DNA of 64,000 nucleotides from Euglena gracilis. Lineage: Eukaryota. Shown one piece after another: positions 11,601-23,405 of this stretch. The position numbers and the translations under genes are program-made. The stretch covers positions 9,819,849-9,883,848 of the forward strand of contig CP154954.1 of NCBI GenBank assembly GCA_039621445.1, written 5' to 3'. Position 1 is the first letter of the stretch, and each line of letters begins with the position of its first letter. The notes under the pieces are model-generated. The model was given only the letters and a program-made list of their open reading frames with translations, did no database searches and was not told the DNA's origin.

Positions 11601-14600
11601 GGGCTGTAAAACGCACAAGGCAAAAAAAAATGTCGCATTTATTCAAAAACGGCCAATTCATGTGATGTTCGAGAGATACGGCCATACAAAGCACGCAAAT
11701 GAAAAAAAAGTTCCTGGGGTAATACCAAACAGCTCAGGCCAGTCGCCTCTGCAGCCCTATCCATCGATGTCCCATCCACTTTGGCCTGCAACGAGAATTT
11801 CAAAGAAAGACGAGGCCAACCGTGCTCCACCCCCCCCCGATCTTGTCCCAACCTTCCAGCCCGGGAATGGGGCAAAATCCGGGGGAGGGTCAATAAATCC
11901 ATCCCAATAAATCAAATCTCAATAAATCTCCGCCCACCACACCCCACGTTTGGGAAAAGGTGGGGGGGTACGTTGGGCCCGCAGACCGAAACTTTCTGGT
12001 GTATATTTGCCTTTTTCCACACAAAAAATGTGTGCCAAGAGCAGGGGATGCAGCCGAGAGCCGAGAGCACAGTGAGTCTAGCAAGCCGGGCACTAGCCGG
12101 GGAGGCTAGTGCACGTTGGTGTCAAATGCCCAGCAGGACGGCCAGGGATGTGTGGGGGTGGAGGGTGGCAAATGACTCCAAGAGAAAGAACACATCCGTG
12201 TCATCTCCCTCCGTTCCTTTCCTATGCTGTTAAAATGCTGTTGTTCCTATGCAGGAACAAATGCAGGATGCCACAAGGCAGCCAGAGGGGCATCATGGGT
12301 TGGGGGTTAGCGCCACAGGTCAAATGCCTCTGTGTCAGGGCCATAGATAAACTAAGTGGGGCACTTTTTCCCAGGCCCAAACTCACCCACCCACTTCTTT
12401 GAAAACCCACCCAACAACCCCCCCAGGGGTCAACCACCCACCCGCCCGCCCGCCCACCCGCCCACGCAAAATACTGCCAAAATCGGCCGAAAACGCTGAA
12501 AAAAATTCTGCCCCGGCCTTTGGCTGGATAGAAAAACTTGTTTTGTTTGTTGTTTTTTTTTGTGGTGCAACCCTGGGGGGGGGGGCAGACAGAGGCCCCA
12601 ACCCACCCACCCACTCTCGAAAAATCCACCCCCCCAGGGGGTGGGGTCACACAGCTGTTACGTTAATCTATGGTCCGGGCTTGATGGCCAGGCCGGGCGG
12701 CCACCCACCTGGTGGGCCATGATGGACTGCTGCCGCCGGATGACGTTCACCGTCCGGGCGCACTCATCGCTCACCTTGGCATACGCCTCCTGGGCGGAGA
12801 GCCCCTCCGAGCGCAGCACCTCGTACTGCCGGACAAGCCGTTCCACTGCGAGGGGGGAGAGGGGGGGAGACCGCATCCACCGAGACACGCCAAGGGAAGA
12901 TGACCCAGGTCCAACGGAGGCACAGTTCAGGGGGTTTGATCGTTACCAATGGTTTCCCCCCATTGAACTACCATGCTTCCAGAAAAAAAATTTACATTAT
13001 TGAATCCGGCCCACCAGTGAAAAAATTGTGTTAAAAATGCCGTTCAGATATTTTGTGTTGGTGGGGTGTTGGAAAAAGGCTGAATACTCCCTCTGGCCTT
13101 CAATCTATTTAGTTGGACATTCCTCCCACCCTGACGAAAACAGTACTCTTAAGAGGCCAACTTCCACAACAGGTAACTCTGTGTTCATTGATTTGGTTTC
13201 CATCATCAAAAGGACTTGTTGCGTGGCAACTCACCCATCTGAGACAAGTTTACAACTGCTCCAGGAGGAGGCGGGGGAGAGCAGACCGGGCTTCTCCATC
13301 CAGAAGTTGTTGAAGATGCTGGACCCCAGGGTGTGGAGGTGCGGGTGTTCCTGCAACACAAACCCCGGCCAAAAGAGGCAGGGCCCTGCACTGCTGGGTG
13401 GCAATTGCCTGACCCATCAGGCTCTGAACGCAGGAATATGTGTGAACGCGAAACGTTCCATGACCGGCGCATGAGCCAAAATGCAGCAGAGGACACCGGC
13501 CCAGATGAGAAGCTGAACTGGGGCATGGCAAGCCAATGAGGACTTCGCCGAGACCCGGGTCCAACAAAGACTGGACTGAAAGAGGGACGAAAGTTTCACA
13601 GGTACCCCCCCCTTGCCCACCAACCGGGTTCCCACAACCCCCGACCAGTGGGGGGTGGTCATACGCACTCCCTGACATACAACCCCTGACCAGGGGGTGG
13701 CCAGTATACAGGGGTCCAATTTGTGGTGGGCAAAGGGGGGGCAATGAGACAGGTGAGACCCCACACCTTCATCAGCTGTTTGGCGATCGGAGATCGCTTG
13801 GCCTGAACCACCCGGGTCGGGTCCTTGTATGACCGGGGAGGCGGAGGCGACACGCGCATGGCATAATACCTATGTCAAGGGTGCAGTGTGTCGGGTTCAT
13901 AGGTGGTTCAAGCGCGGCTCCCAAAGAAAAATGCGATTAAAAAAAATCCGACCTCACTGCACACAACTTTGCAATTCACAAAACTCAACAAATGTGCACT
14001 TTGTCCACTTATCACGAATCCAATTTAGAATTATGAGAATCCAGGGTTCTTGATTAATGTATCTAATAATATTTTTTCTAATAATATTTTTCTGATTCTC
14101 ATTCCATGGAGAGGATTGATATCGGAGGCTTTCGAGAAAAAAAAATTGCGGAAAATTGCAGAAAAATTGCGGGAATTGCAGGAAAAGTGCGGAAAAATTG
14201 TGGAAAGTGCGATTTTGGGTACTACTACACTTCTACTGGAGGGGACTTCAAAAATTTCATAAATTTGGTCAATTTTGTGAAAATTTTGAAGTCCCCTCGA
14301 GCAGAAGTGCAGTAGTTCCCAAAATCGCACTTTCCACAATTTTTCCGCGCTTTTCCTGCAAATCCCGCAATTTTTCTGCAACTTTCCGCATTTGTAACGT
14401 AGGTGTAAATTTTGAGACATTTTTCACCAACAAAAACGTTCAAAAACATTTTGGGGGCATGCTGATTCTGGAATAATGTAATTTCTTGGGTGAAAAACCA
14501 AACCCAGAAAAAAATTGCCGGAATTTTTGTTCTCAGGCAAAATCTGGCACAGGATGCAGAATTTTTATCAGTCAAAATTATTTCCAGCAGAAATTGAGGG

Positions 14601-15704
14601 AAAACCTAAAAATTGCTATATTTTGTCAAAATTTGTGAAATATGGCAATTTTTGGCAAATTTGAAACAAAATAACAAAAAAACCACCCGGGTGGCCTGGT
14701 GAAACGCTCGAAGAATGGCCAGAACTCACTTCGCGTTCCATTTCAGGTTCATGCGAAAAATTGCGAAGAAAAAGGAGGGAAATTGCGGGGAAATTGCGGA
14801 AAATTGTGGAAATTGCGAAGAATTGCGGAAATTGCGGGAAAATTGTAGAGATCAATTCTCTCCCTGCTTCCAGAGCTTCAGAGGGGGGTGCGACCATACC
14901 ATTGCTTAGCGACCCCTGGGGGGGGAGGGGGGGGCACTGTCCATTCTGATAAAACCAATCAGTCACTTTTCCCAAAAATCCAGTCAGTCACTTTACCCCC
15001 CCCCCGGGGGGATCGGCCACTCTTGAATGATGAGGAGGAGGCAATTTTTGCCAAATTTTTGTCAAAGGGAAAATTTGCCAAAAAGTCTCAAAAAATTTCC
15101 GGTGCCATCGTCGCCAGGCCAGCCACTTTTCCATTTTCGGGCCTACCCCACCCCGGGGGGGGGGGTTCTTGGCCAGAAAACCAGTCAGTCACTATGAAAA
15201 AACCAGTCAGTCACCCCCCCGGGGGTGGGGGGGTGGGACAGGTGTTAACAATGGTATGGGTGCGACCATCCCGGGAAAAAAAGCTCGGCCTGGCCGCCGA
15301 GCATTTCCATGGGTGGGTTCATCGGGCAGAGATGGGGTGGCGTAGGGGAGACACACCATTCTGGGGGCCGGTAGGACCCGGTGGCGACCAGCTTCTTGAG
15401 CTTCCGGTAGTTCTCCCACTGCGACCAGGGCCAGGCCTCTTTTTAAGACCCCCGGGAGGGGGGGGTCCCCCCACCCACCCAGGGTGGCGCGGGACCCCCA
15501 GGGGGGGGACCCCCCCAAAATCAGGCCCGTTAAAGGCAATTATCAAAAATTCGCGCAGAAAAGGTATACCCAGCGCCTCCGGCGCGAGACCCCCCCCCCC
15601 GGCGGGGGGTCCGGACCCACCCATCCCCCGGGGGGGGGGGGGGTCAGGTGACTTAAAAAGAAGCCTGACCAGGGCTTGGCGGGGACCGCCGGGGTGAGCG
15701 GCAT
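8657..15704 (-). CDS. mS23: Mitochondrial small-subunit ribosomal protein mS23 (MRPS23/Rsm25)-like, 9 exons
   Basis: Exons (minus): 15704-15671, 15426-15357, 13869-13767, 13350-13287, 12845-12709, 11785-11763, 11359-11262, 8998-8907, 8707-8657 (TGA), all in frame. Protein: MPLTPAVPAKPWSQWENYRKLKKLVATGSYRPPEWYYAMRVSPPPP...EKPVERLVRQYEVLRSEGLSAQEAYAKV...ASAAV*. It matches the mS23 pattern (LxxxG...PxWYxxxxxxPP; later L...GLSxxEAY). Confidence 0.8.
9487..9629. mobile_element. hAT-like MITE, CAGGGCAGA family
   Basis: TIR CAGGGCAGA/TCTGCCCTG; flanks CCCCCAAC/CCCCCCAC (7/8). Internal sequence shared with 10367-10944 and 30706-31167. Confidence 0.75.
10367..10944. mobile_element. hAT-like MITE, CAGGGCAGA family, apparently nested in another MITE
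   Basis: Ends CAGGGCAGAAC...GTTCAGCCCTG, with the same left and right subterminal sequence as 30706-31167. TSD not clean. Confidence 0.6.
12342..12672. mobile_element. hAT-like MITE, CATAG family, inside mS23 intron 5
   Basis: TIR CATAGATAAAC/GTTAATCTATG; flanks GTCAGGGC/GTCCGGGC (7/8). Homologous to 49911-50239 and ~24810-25326. Confidence 0.8.
14895..15258. mobile_element. hAT-like MITE, CATACCATTG family, inside mS23 GT-AG intron 2
   Basis: TIR CATACCATTG/CAATGGTATG; perfect 8-bp TSD GGTGCGAC; internal CCAGTCAGTCAC subterminal repeats. Confidence 0.88.
15432..15667. mobile_element. hAT-like MITE that forms mS23 intron 1 (intron 15427-15670)
   Basis: 16-bp TIR CAGGCCTCTTTTTAAG/CTTAAAAAGAAGCCTG (one mismatch); perfect TSD ACCAGGGC (15424-15431, 15668-15675); homologous copy at 50598-50865. 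Confidence 0.92.
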
Positions 15705-15849
15705 CGGAGGGGCGGGGGCGCCGGCGCGGGCTGAGCACGGGAGACAAAATCCAAGCAGGGCGGGGCCTCTCAATTTGGCCGCTTGGGACAATCAGGGATC
15801 AGCGCTCGGCTCAAAGATCCCCCGGGGGTCCCCTGGCTGAGATCGGCCT

Positions 15850-16399
15850 CAAGCACCTATAGCTGACCCCCAGATTTTCGGCCATTTTCGGCCATTTTTG
15901 GCCATTATCGGCCATTTTCGGCCATTTTTGGCCATTTTTTTCCTATAGGTGGGGGGTAAAACTGCCTGAAAATTCTTTCACACCAACAATGCATTTTGAT
16001 CATTCAGTCAGAGAAACTGGGAGAAAATGCACTCAGCTTGAGCGGCAGAACAAAAGCAAAACAAAAGCAAGCAAGCATGTGATCGGCCCATAATGTTGAA
16101 ATATTGACATCAAACGTGCTCACCCAATTGTCCAATGTCTGCATCTTGTCCAACATCGCATTTTGTCCAGCATCTACATCTTGTCCAATATCTACATCCA
16201 TTGCATCAGCAACCACTGCATCTTGTCTGGTGTGTGCATCTTGTCCAATACCTGCATCTTGCCATTTTCGGCCATTTTCGGCCATTTTCGGCCATTTTCG
16301 GGACCCCCACCTATAGAGCCCAAAATTTCATTTTCGGCCATTTTCGGTCATTTTCGGCCATTTTCGGCCATTTTCGGCCATTTTTACTATAGGTGCTTG
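15850..16399. mobile_element. hAT-like element with CAAGCACCTATAG TIRs and (GGCCATTTTC)n subterminal arrays
   Basis: 13-bp perfect TIR; flanks ATCGGCCT/ATCAGCCT (7/8). Confidence 0.8.
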
Positions 16400-17937
16400 A
16401 TCAGCCTTCTTTTACCAAATCCGGGGGGGGGGGTGGAGGCGGTAACATGTGCTATGGGGTGCCCGCCCCAGCGGGCTACCCCTTCCCAGGGGGAGGTCAG
16501 TTTTGGGCCCCAGCCCCGGCACACCCACGCCACTTTCCCTTTAAAACGGCTGGGGGGGTACCAACACCCGACCCCCCACCTGGGGTCGAAAATGCCCTAC
16601 GCCCTTTGCCTGTCCACACACCCACCCCCTGCAGGGGAGCGACCTTCCCTAAAAGAGGTTGTCGGGGATTCCACAAGCTGCATCCAGAAAGCTACTAGCA
16701 AGGCCCCCTGAGGGGGGGGAGTCTTGAGCGTTCCTCCTCCAGCTGTGGAAATGTTTTTGACGTGCCTTTTTTGTGTAGAAAATTTAAATTGTTCCTAAAA
16801 AAAAGCCAAAAAATGCTTTAAAAATGCAAAAAAAGGTCAATTTGGGCAGGTTATTTGGGGGGGTCAAAATTCCACACACGCACACACGCACACGCACACG
16901 TACACGCACACGCACGCACACACGCACACGCACGCACGCACACACACACAACCCAAGGGGGGGTTAGTTTTGCTGGAAGAAATGAGCCAGCTTTTTCCAA
17001 CCTCCAAAAGGCTCACAAGGAGTCAAAGTCAACCAAAATGTACCTCCCCTTGTTGAAAAGGGAAAGATGGATAAGAACTGGGGGTTGGTGCTCATTTGGC
17101 CAAACCATGCACAAGAACCAGGGGTGGTGCTTGGATAAGGGAGGAGCAACCGGACACAAAAATGTGCTTGCACAAGAAAAAGGAAAATTACCTTTGAGTT
17201 TGTGTGTCTGTTGAAGGACGCAGAGGTTCCTGTAGTATCACAATTTTCGAAATTTCTATCACAAACTACAATTGAATCACAGGAAGAAAACCTTTGAAAA
17301 GAGGGGTGGGAAACAAGGGGAATGGTTCTTGGACAAGGCAGGCATTTTGGAAACATATTCTGGAAGCATTCTTTGTTATGTAGTGTGCACTCTTTGGCAC
17401 AGAAAAATCCCATCGGAGGGATGTGTTAAAAAGAATTGTGTAGAACGGGAGACAGACCGGCAGAGCTGGTTGTGGGAGCCCTTCATTTCTGTGCAATCCC
17501 GAGCTGTAAGGGAAAACAGGGGCACTTTCAAAGCAGAACTGTTGTGATGAGAGGATTGTGGCTTGCCTCTCGGGCCTCGGAGCTGATCCCCCCTGGCCAG
17601 AAATCACAACGAACAGAACGGTACGCACTGTGTCGCAACAGACCACTCCATACACTCCGAAACTGAAAGCCAAATCCTTGAACCACTGTTAAGGGGGTCG
17701 GGTCAAGAAGGGGGTCAAAGGTCAGGCAGCAGAGAGCTGTGGGATGGCCAACACTGCGGGGGGACCGCATTCTGCTGTGGCTTCGGCGGGGGGTCCACAG
17801 GTCAGCGGGCTAATCAGCAGCGCGGGGGAGGGGGGGGGGGGGAAAAGAAGGGAGTCTGAGCCGAACGATTTAGAGGAAAAAAAACAATCCACCGGCCACC
17901 GGAAAACTGGAAAATGTGGGGGAAATGGAAAGAGGTA

Positions 17938-18082
17938 CCCCCCCGGGCAATTGTCACGCGACATTTGGGCAGCACGGAGGGGGGTGACAATTTCCCGGGG
18001 TGACAAATTGGCCGGCACAGCCAGGGGTGACAATTGCCTGGGGGCGTCAATTGCCCGGGCGTCAATTGCCCGGGGGGGGGGG
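17938..18082. mobile_element. TA-flanked MITE (Tc1/mariner-like geometry); related copies at 37072-37551
   Basis: TA|CCCCCCCGGGCAATTG...CAATTGCCCGGGGGGG|TA; internal GGGGTGACAA(A/T)T repeats. Confidence 0.75.
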
Positions 18083-20355
18083 TAAAAAAAACAGAATAAA
18101 AGCCATTTCAGGATGCCAGCAAGGGGTTGGCCAGGAAAACATTTCCCTCACACAACACTTCTGCGTTTGCAGCAATTTCCACAGCAAAGCACTGCTAAAG
18201 GGAGTCAGTTTTGCATACCTACCTCCCCAACCCTGCGAAGAGACAGGTCGGCAGGCACAAGGGTGGGAGACAGGTCCCTGTGAAAGACAGTTTCCTGGGG
18301 ACGACAGATTCCCTGGGGGTACACCCTCAAAAAAAAAACACGACACAACAAAACACAGAATGTTCCAAAATCGAAAAAAAAAACGAAACATAAGAGCATA
18401 AAGCCATGCAGTCTCCACCACACTCGCCACCCACAGGGCTTCAGGAAGTCCTATTCTGCCCTGAGGGTGTTGCAGGATCTCGTTCCGTTCGGCCCCAGGG
18501 AGGAGAGTGGCCAGGGGTTGTGCCTCAAGAAGGCAGCGCAGCGACAGGCCCGGTGAGCCTCACCGGCTGACCCATCCCGGACTTGCAAGCGTAGCAAAGT
18601 GCAGCCCAGCGCGTATCGCCCAGATCCGGAGGACAGGCACGCACAGGGCTCACGGGTGGATTCAAATTCTGCAGCTGGGCCGGGGCTGTGCAAGAACTCA
18701 CCCACCCAGGGGGGAGTCCACCCACCATGGCACCACACCACCCAAGGAAAAATTACTTGGGCGGGGAAAAATTCGTTCTGCGTCTGAAATACCGAAGTAA
18801 AAAGTTGACCTAAAAAATTGGCGCCCCCGGAACTGCAGGAAGGGGTGGGGGGGGGGGAGGCAGGACCCCCCACCCACCACCCATGGGGGTTCAGGAATTC
18901 CCGTGCACCGCTCTTGTATCATCGGCCGGGTAGTTTATATTATTTGGGCATCCAAAATCCAGGGAGGAGGGTATCATTTAAGGGGGATTATTATTTGGAC
19001 ATATCTATCAAACTGAAAAATACCCCCTGAAATGCACATTTTTTCATAATTTCTGAGTTTTGCATATTTCTTTACCTTTATTTCAGGTTGATACGGCCTC
19101 AATTTTTTGGTACCTTTCATATTCGCCAAAATATGCTTTTCAAATCTGCTTCATTGAGGTATTCAAATAAATTTCAACAAATAAATTAAATTGGTTAATT
19201 ATTCAAGTTGAGGATCTTCACATCCCCCACCCCGGCTCCTTGGCCCGAGAGACGTTGGCCCCAACAGGAGGGGGGGGGGGCAACTTCGGGGGGGGGGGGC
19301 ATATTTAACTCAACAGCCAAGGCGAGCCAATGAGCCGCCAAGCCAAAATGCCTCAAAATGGGTGATAGGCCAACTTTGGGGGGGGGGGGGCATGAAGCCG
19401 GGGCATATTGGCTCCAACAGCCCGGGGGTGGGGGGGAAAGAGCCAGGGGGGCAAAGCCGGGGTGCATTGTTTCGGTGAATATTTGGGGGGGGGGGTATAT
19501 TATTCAGGGGGTCAATCATTTGAAGGGTTAATGGAGGACAGGCCTTTTGCATGAGGGGGCAGCTTGAATGTAAGGGGAATGGGCGGGAGAAAGAAGTTCT
19601 TGAAAGGAAAAAGAGGGCCACGACACGTCCTTGTTTGAGAGGCTACCATCACGATTTCAAAACAAATGTCACTTGATGCAGCACAAAGCGAACCTTGAAA
19701 AGTGGTGAAAAAAATGTCATATCAATGTATCAATCATATATGTATCAATCAATATCAATGGCGGCCTTATGGTGGATGAAATGCCTGCCCAAATATGGAT
19801 GCAGAGTTTCTTTCTTTGACAATTTTTGTTTAAAAAGAGCAAAGAAAATTGCATCGCTTTGAGCCAAAAAAAAAACCCAAATCATGTTTCTTCAGATCGT
19901 TCTTCAGCATCCCATGGCTGCTACATGCAACTGAAAGCAATAAGCATCCCAGCTTCCTCCTGGAGAGGATATAGCTTTCAGGATATTTTTAGTTTAAAAA
20001 TCTAGTTAAGTCTTTTTGTCTGATAAATGGCTTGAAAAATACCCTTGGCCAATGTTCACTGCCAGATCAGAGCACACAGTAAGCATCCACCCCAGGGATT
20101 TTCTAAAAGACCCCGGGGGGGGGGGGGGTCCCGCGGTCCTGGACCTGGCTGGTACCCCAAAACACAGGCAAAAAAATCCAAAACTGGCCGGGTTGGCATT
20201 ATTCAGCCAATATTGGGAGGTGAAACCCCAAACACCACTCAAAAATGCCGTTTTGGGCCATTTTCCCCCAATACTGTCGGCGTGTTGCACCAAATTGTTT
20301 TGGTCCGGCCCGGCTTCGGCGGGCTGCCCAAACTTTATTTCGGCGGACCGCTGGG

Positions 20356-20720
20356 CAGGGTTCGATATAAGGACAGGTGGGGGGGGGGTGGTCCGGAACC
20401 CCCCCCCCTGCGGGCCAGGAGGGGGGGGGGCCGGGGGCGGACACACCCCCCCCACCTAAACAGTGGCGCGGTCCGGGTGACCGTAAATTTTTGACCCCCA
20501 AAACGACCAAAAGTGCCATTTTGGGCACTTTTTGGGCAAAAATTGGCCAAAAATGCAAAAAAAATTCGGCGCAAAGCGCCGGAGGAAAAAAATTGACCCT
20601 TTTTTGGGGGGGGGTCCCGGGTACCCCCCCAGGGTCGGTCCGGACCCCCCCTGCGGGCCAGGAGGGGGGGGGGACACCCCCCCACCTAAACCATGTACGC
20701 CCTCCTTATATCAAACCCTG
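20356..20720. mobile_element. hAT-like MITE nested in an older MITE (~20092-20795)
   Basis: 18-bp TIR CAGGGTTCGATATAAGGA/TCCTTATATCAAACCCTG (one mismatch); perfect TSD CCGCTGGG; shorter relative at ~32050-32165. Confidence 0.9.
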
Positions 20721-22549
20721 CCGCTGGGAGCTGCTGGCTGGAAAAAAGCTGGACTCCTCCGGGGGGGGGGGGCAGGATGTCCTCCAGCTTAGCTCCTAAT
20801 CCACCCCATCAGAGGAGAAATCCACACCAAGAACGGTATTTTGTATGAACATAAACTAAAAAAAAAAATCAAATTTTTAGTGAGCCGCCTCAGCATTTTT
20901 TCACCTTTGCCTTTGGATATGAATGGATACTTGAGGCTCTGCGAAGGCCCTGCTGGGCGCATACAAAGACTACATATGGTGTTTTGTCCCCCTCAATTTT
21001 GTTGGTTTCTTTTTAAGTATGCCGAACCATCCATCGCATTGTAGCCATAGTCGCCAGTTAACATAGCAAAGGTTAGGTATATTTGGGGTGCGGTATTTCA
21101 CAAAGCTGGCTTCTGTCAAGACAAAAATGTACTCCAAAAAGTTCAGTTTTTCTTGGGGGGGTTGGTCGATAAAAACACAGGGGAGGAGGGTTATTAACTG
21201 ATTCTCCTGAACTTTGAACGAGAGTCATTGTTTGGGTATTTTTTTGGGAGGGTGCACAATAATGCCTGTGAGCTCTGCGGCAAAGCGATACCAATAATAA
21301 GTATCGCCTGGGTTAAATGGCATGACGAGGAGGACAGAAATCACAAGAATGATGTGGTAATTCCAAACAGCAACAAATGCTTGAGTCATTGCCATGATCA
21401 CAGATATCTCAAGAGTATTGAGGTGGTTATCCATTTGGCCACGCTCTGAATTGCAATTCACGTATTTAATTGAATATAATTCACGTATGGCGTGCGGTGA
21501 ACGGAATGGCATGTGTATGCTGTCATGCTTTGGAGCTTCGGTTCAGATCATTAGAAAATTCGAAAGATTATCCGCGGAGTCTTTTACAAATGACTGTGGG
21601 AACGCTGAATCGTTGCTGGGTAGCATTCGGTGCCCTCTAGGGAAGTCAAACCGAGCGATACCAGAAAGAAAACACTGCAATTGAGAGCACAATAATCGAT
21701 ACCAATGGGGGTGGGCAGAAGGGTGCGCAAGAAGGCACGAGTCCCCTCCTGGAAAAAAAAAGTGCTATGGACGTTTTCTCGCACAACCCCCCCCCCCCCG
21801 GAGTCGACTTACTCACCAACCCAAAACCAGCCAAAAACCATTGAAATTTTTTCAAGAGTTTGGCCTTTGGTCAGGCAAAACTCATCCCACCCCCCCCAGG
21901 TGGGTGGGATGTTGCGGGAACGATTTCAGGCAAGTGACAACGAACCAAACACGATGCCATACACTTTGACCGTATCAAAAAATCTTTGGCTCCTGGGCGC
22001 ATTTGGGTGTTTGTGCCCACTTTCACAAACAAAGCATTTGTGCAAATGTGCAAATGGTCTGTTTGCGCAGTTGCTCAAATGGTATGTTAATGCAATTGTC
22101 TGCACAAATGCGCACAGGAATGATGTGAAAGTGGTTGGTTCAGGTGGTGGATTTGCCGCACTTATGCAAATAATTCAATGTGTTAAATTCCGTGAAATGA
22201 AATGTGACAAAAGCACCCTCCTCACCGAATTTGCACCCGCCGTTGAGCCCGTGAAAAACCAATTTCTTTCACCCCTGAATTGGCAACTCAAGGCCTAATC
22301 CTTGAGGTGAAAAAAGGAGGGAAAAAATGACCTTGAACCCTGGTCGTTTGCCACACCTTCCTTGACCAGTTAAATTATACTATATACTACAACTCGACTT
22401 TGTGGACGCTGTTCCGAATCACCTCCGTTTGACCCCCAACTCCCCGCCAGGCCCGAGTTATTCACGCGCGAAGGGGTCTAAACTGGGTAGGATCGGCCCG
22501 CCTCCCTTTTTAAGCCTCCCCCTTTGGACTCTGACATTTCGGCCAAAAA

Positions 22550-23405
22550 AAATGTCAATTTTCAAAATATCTCCAAAATGAATCAAAATCAAAGGAAATG
22601 TCCGGAGACCTAATTTGAAGCCCTTGGAACGCCCCATCTACTGGTATTTTGATTTCCACGCAACTGTTCGCGTAGCCCGAGATACGGCCGTTTTTCGGCC
22701 GATTTTGGCCATTTTGTACACTTTTTCCACTGGTGGACTTAGCCATTTGGCCGTTTTCGGCCAAAAAAGTCGAAAAAATCGAAAAAATTTTGCCCAAATC
22801 CATGCTGTTTGGCCTCCCGGACCCGGAAAAAGTGTTTTCGAGACGATGATGGCCATCATGACCATGATGGCCATCATGAGCCATGATGGCTATCATGACC
22901 CATGATGGCCATCGTGACCCATGATGGTCATCATGACCCATCATGGCCATCATGACCCTTGATGCGCATCATGACCCATGATGGCCATGATGACCCCTGA
23001 TGGCCATCATGACCAGTGATGCCCATCATGACCCTTGATGCCCATCATGACCTGACGTCATGATAGGGAGTGATAGGGGATAGACTTATTAAGAAAAAGT
23101 CGAAAAATTCAATATTTATAAAAGATATCCAAAATGACGCAAAATCAAAGGAAATGTCCACAGACCTAATTTGAAGTCCTTGGAAGGCCCCATCTACCGT
23201 ATTTTGATTTCCCCGCAACTCCCCGCCTGGCCAGAGATACGGCCGCTTTTTTTTTTGGCCAATTTGGGCCATTTTGTGCACTTTTTCCATTGGTTCAGAC
23301 TTCTGACTTAGCCGTTTTCGGGCAAAAACATCGAGAAAACAATTAAAAAATTTTGCCCAAAACCAGTTTTTTTTGGGCCTCCCGGACCCGAAAAAAGTGT
23401 TTTCG
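22550..23405. repeat. Two ~300-bp direct repeats separated by a (CATGACCCATGATGGCCAT)-like tandem array (~22845-23060); third partial copy ~51400-51570
   Basis: Shared block TCCAAAATGA..CAAAATCAAAGGAAATGTCC..AGACCTAATTTGAAG in both arms. Confidence 0.75.

Noticed and set aside
14685-14740. Possible mS23 exon (EFWPFFERFTRPPG)
   Set aside because: Exon 15426-15357 joins directly and in frame to 13869 via GT-AG and gives the conserved PxWY motif, so this segment is not needed.
22845-23060. Regular ~19-20 bp repeats resembling a CRISPR array
   Set aside because: Head-to-tail tandem units without unique spacers, no cas genes, eukaryotic context.
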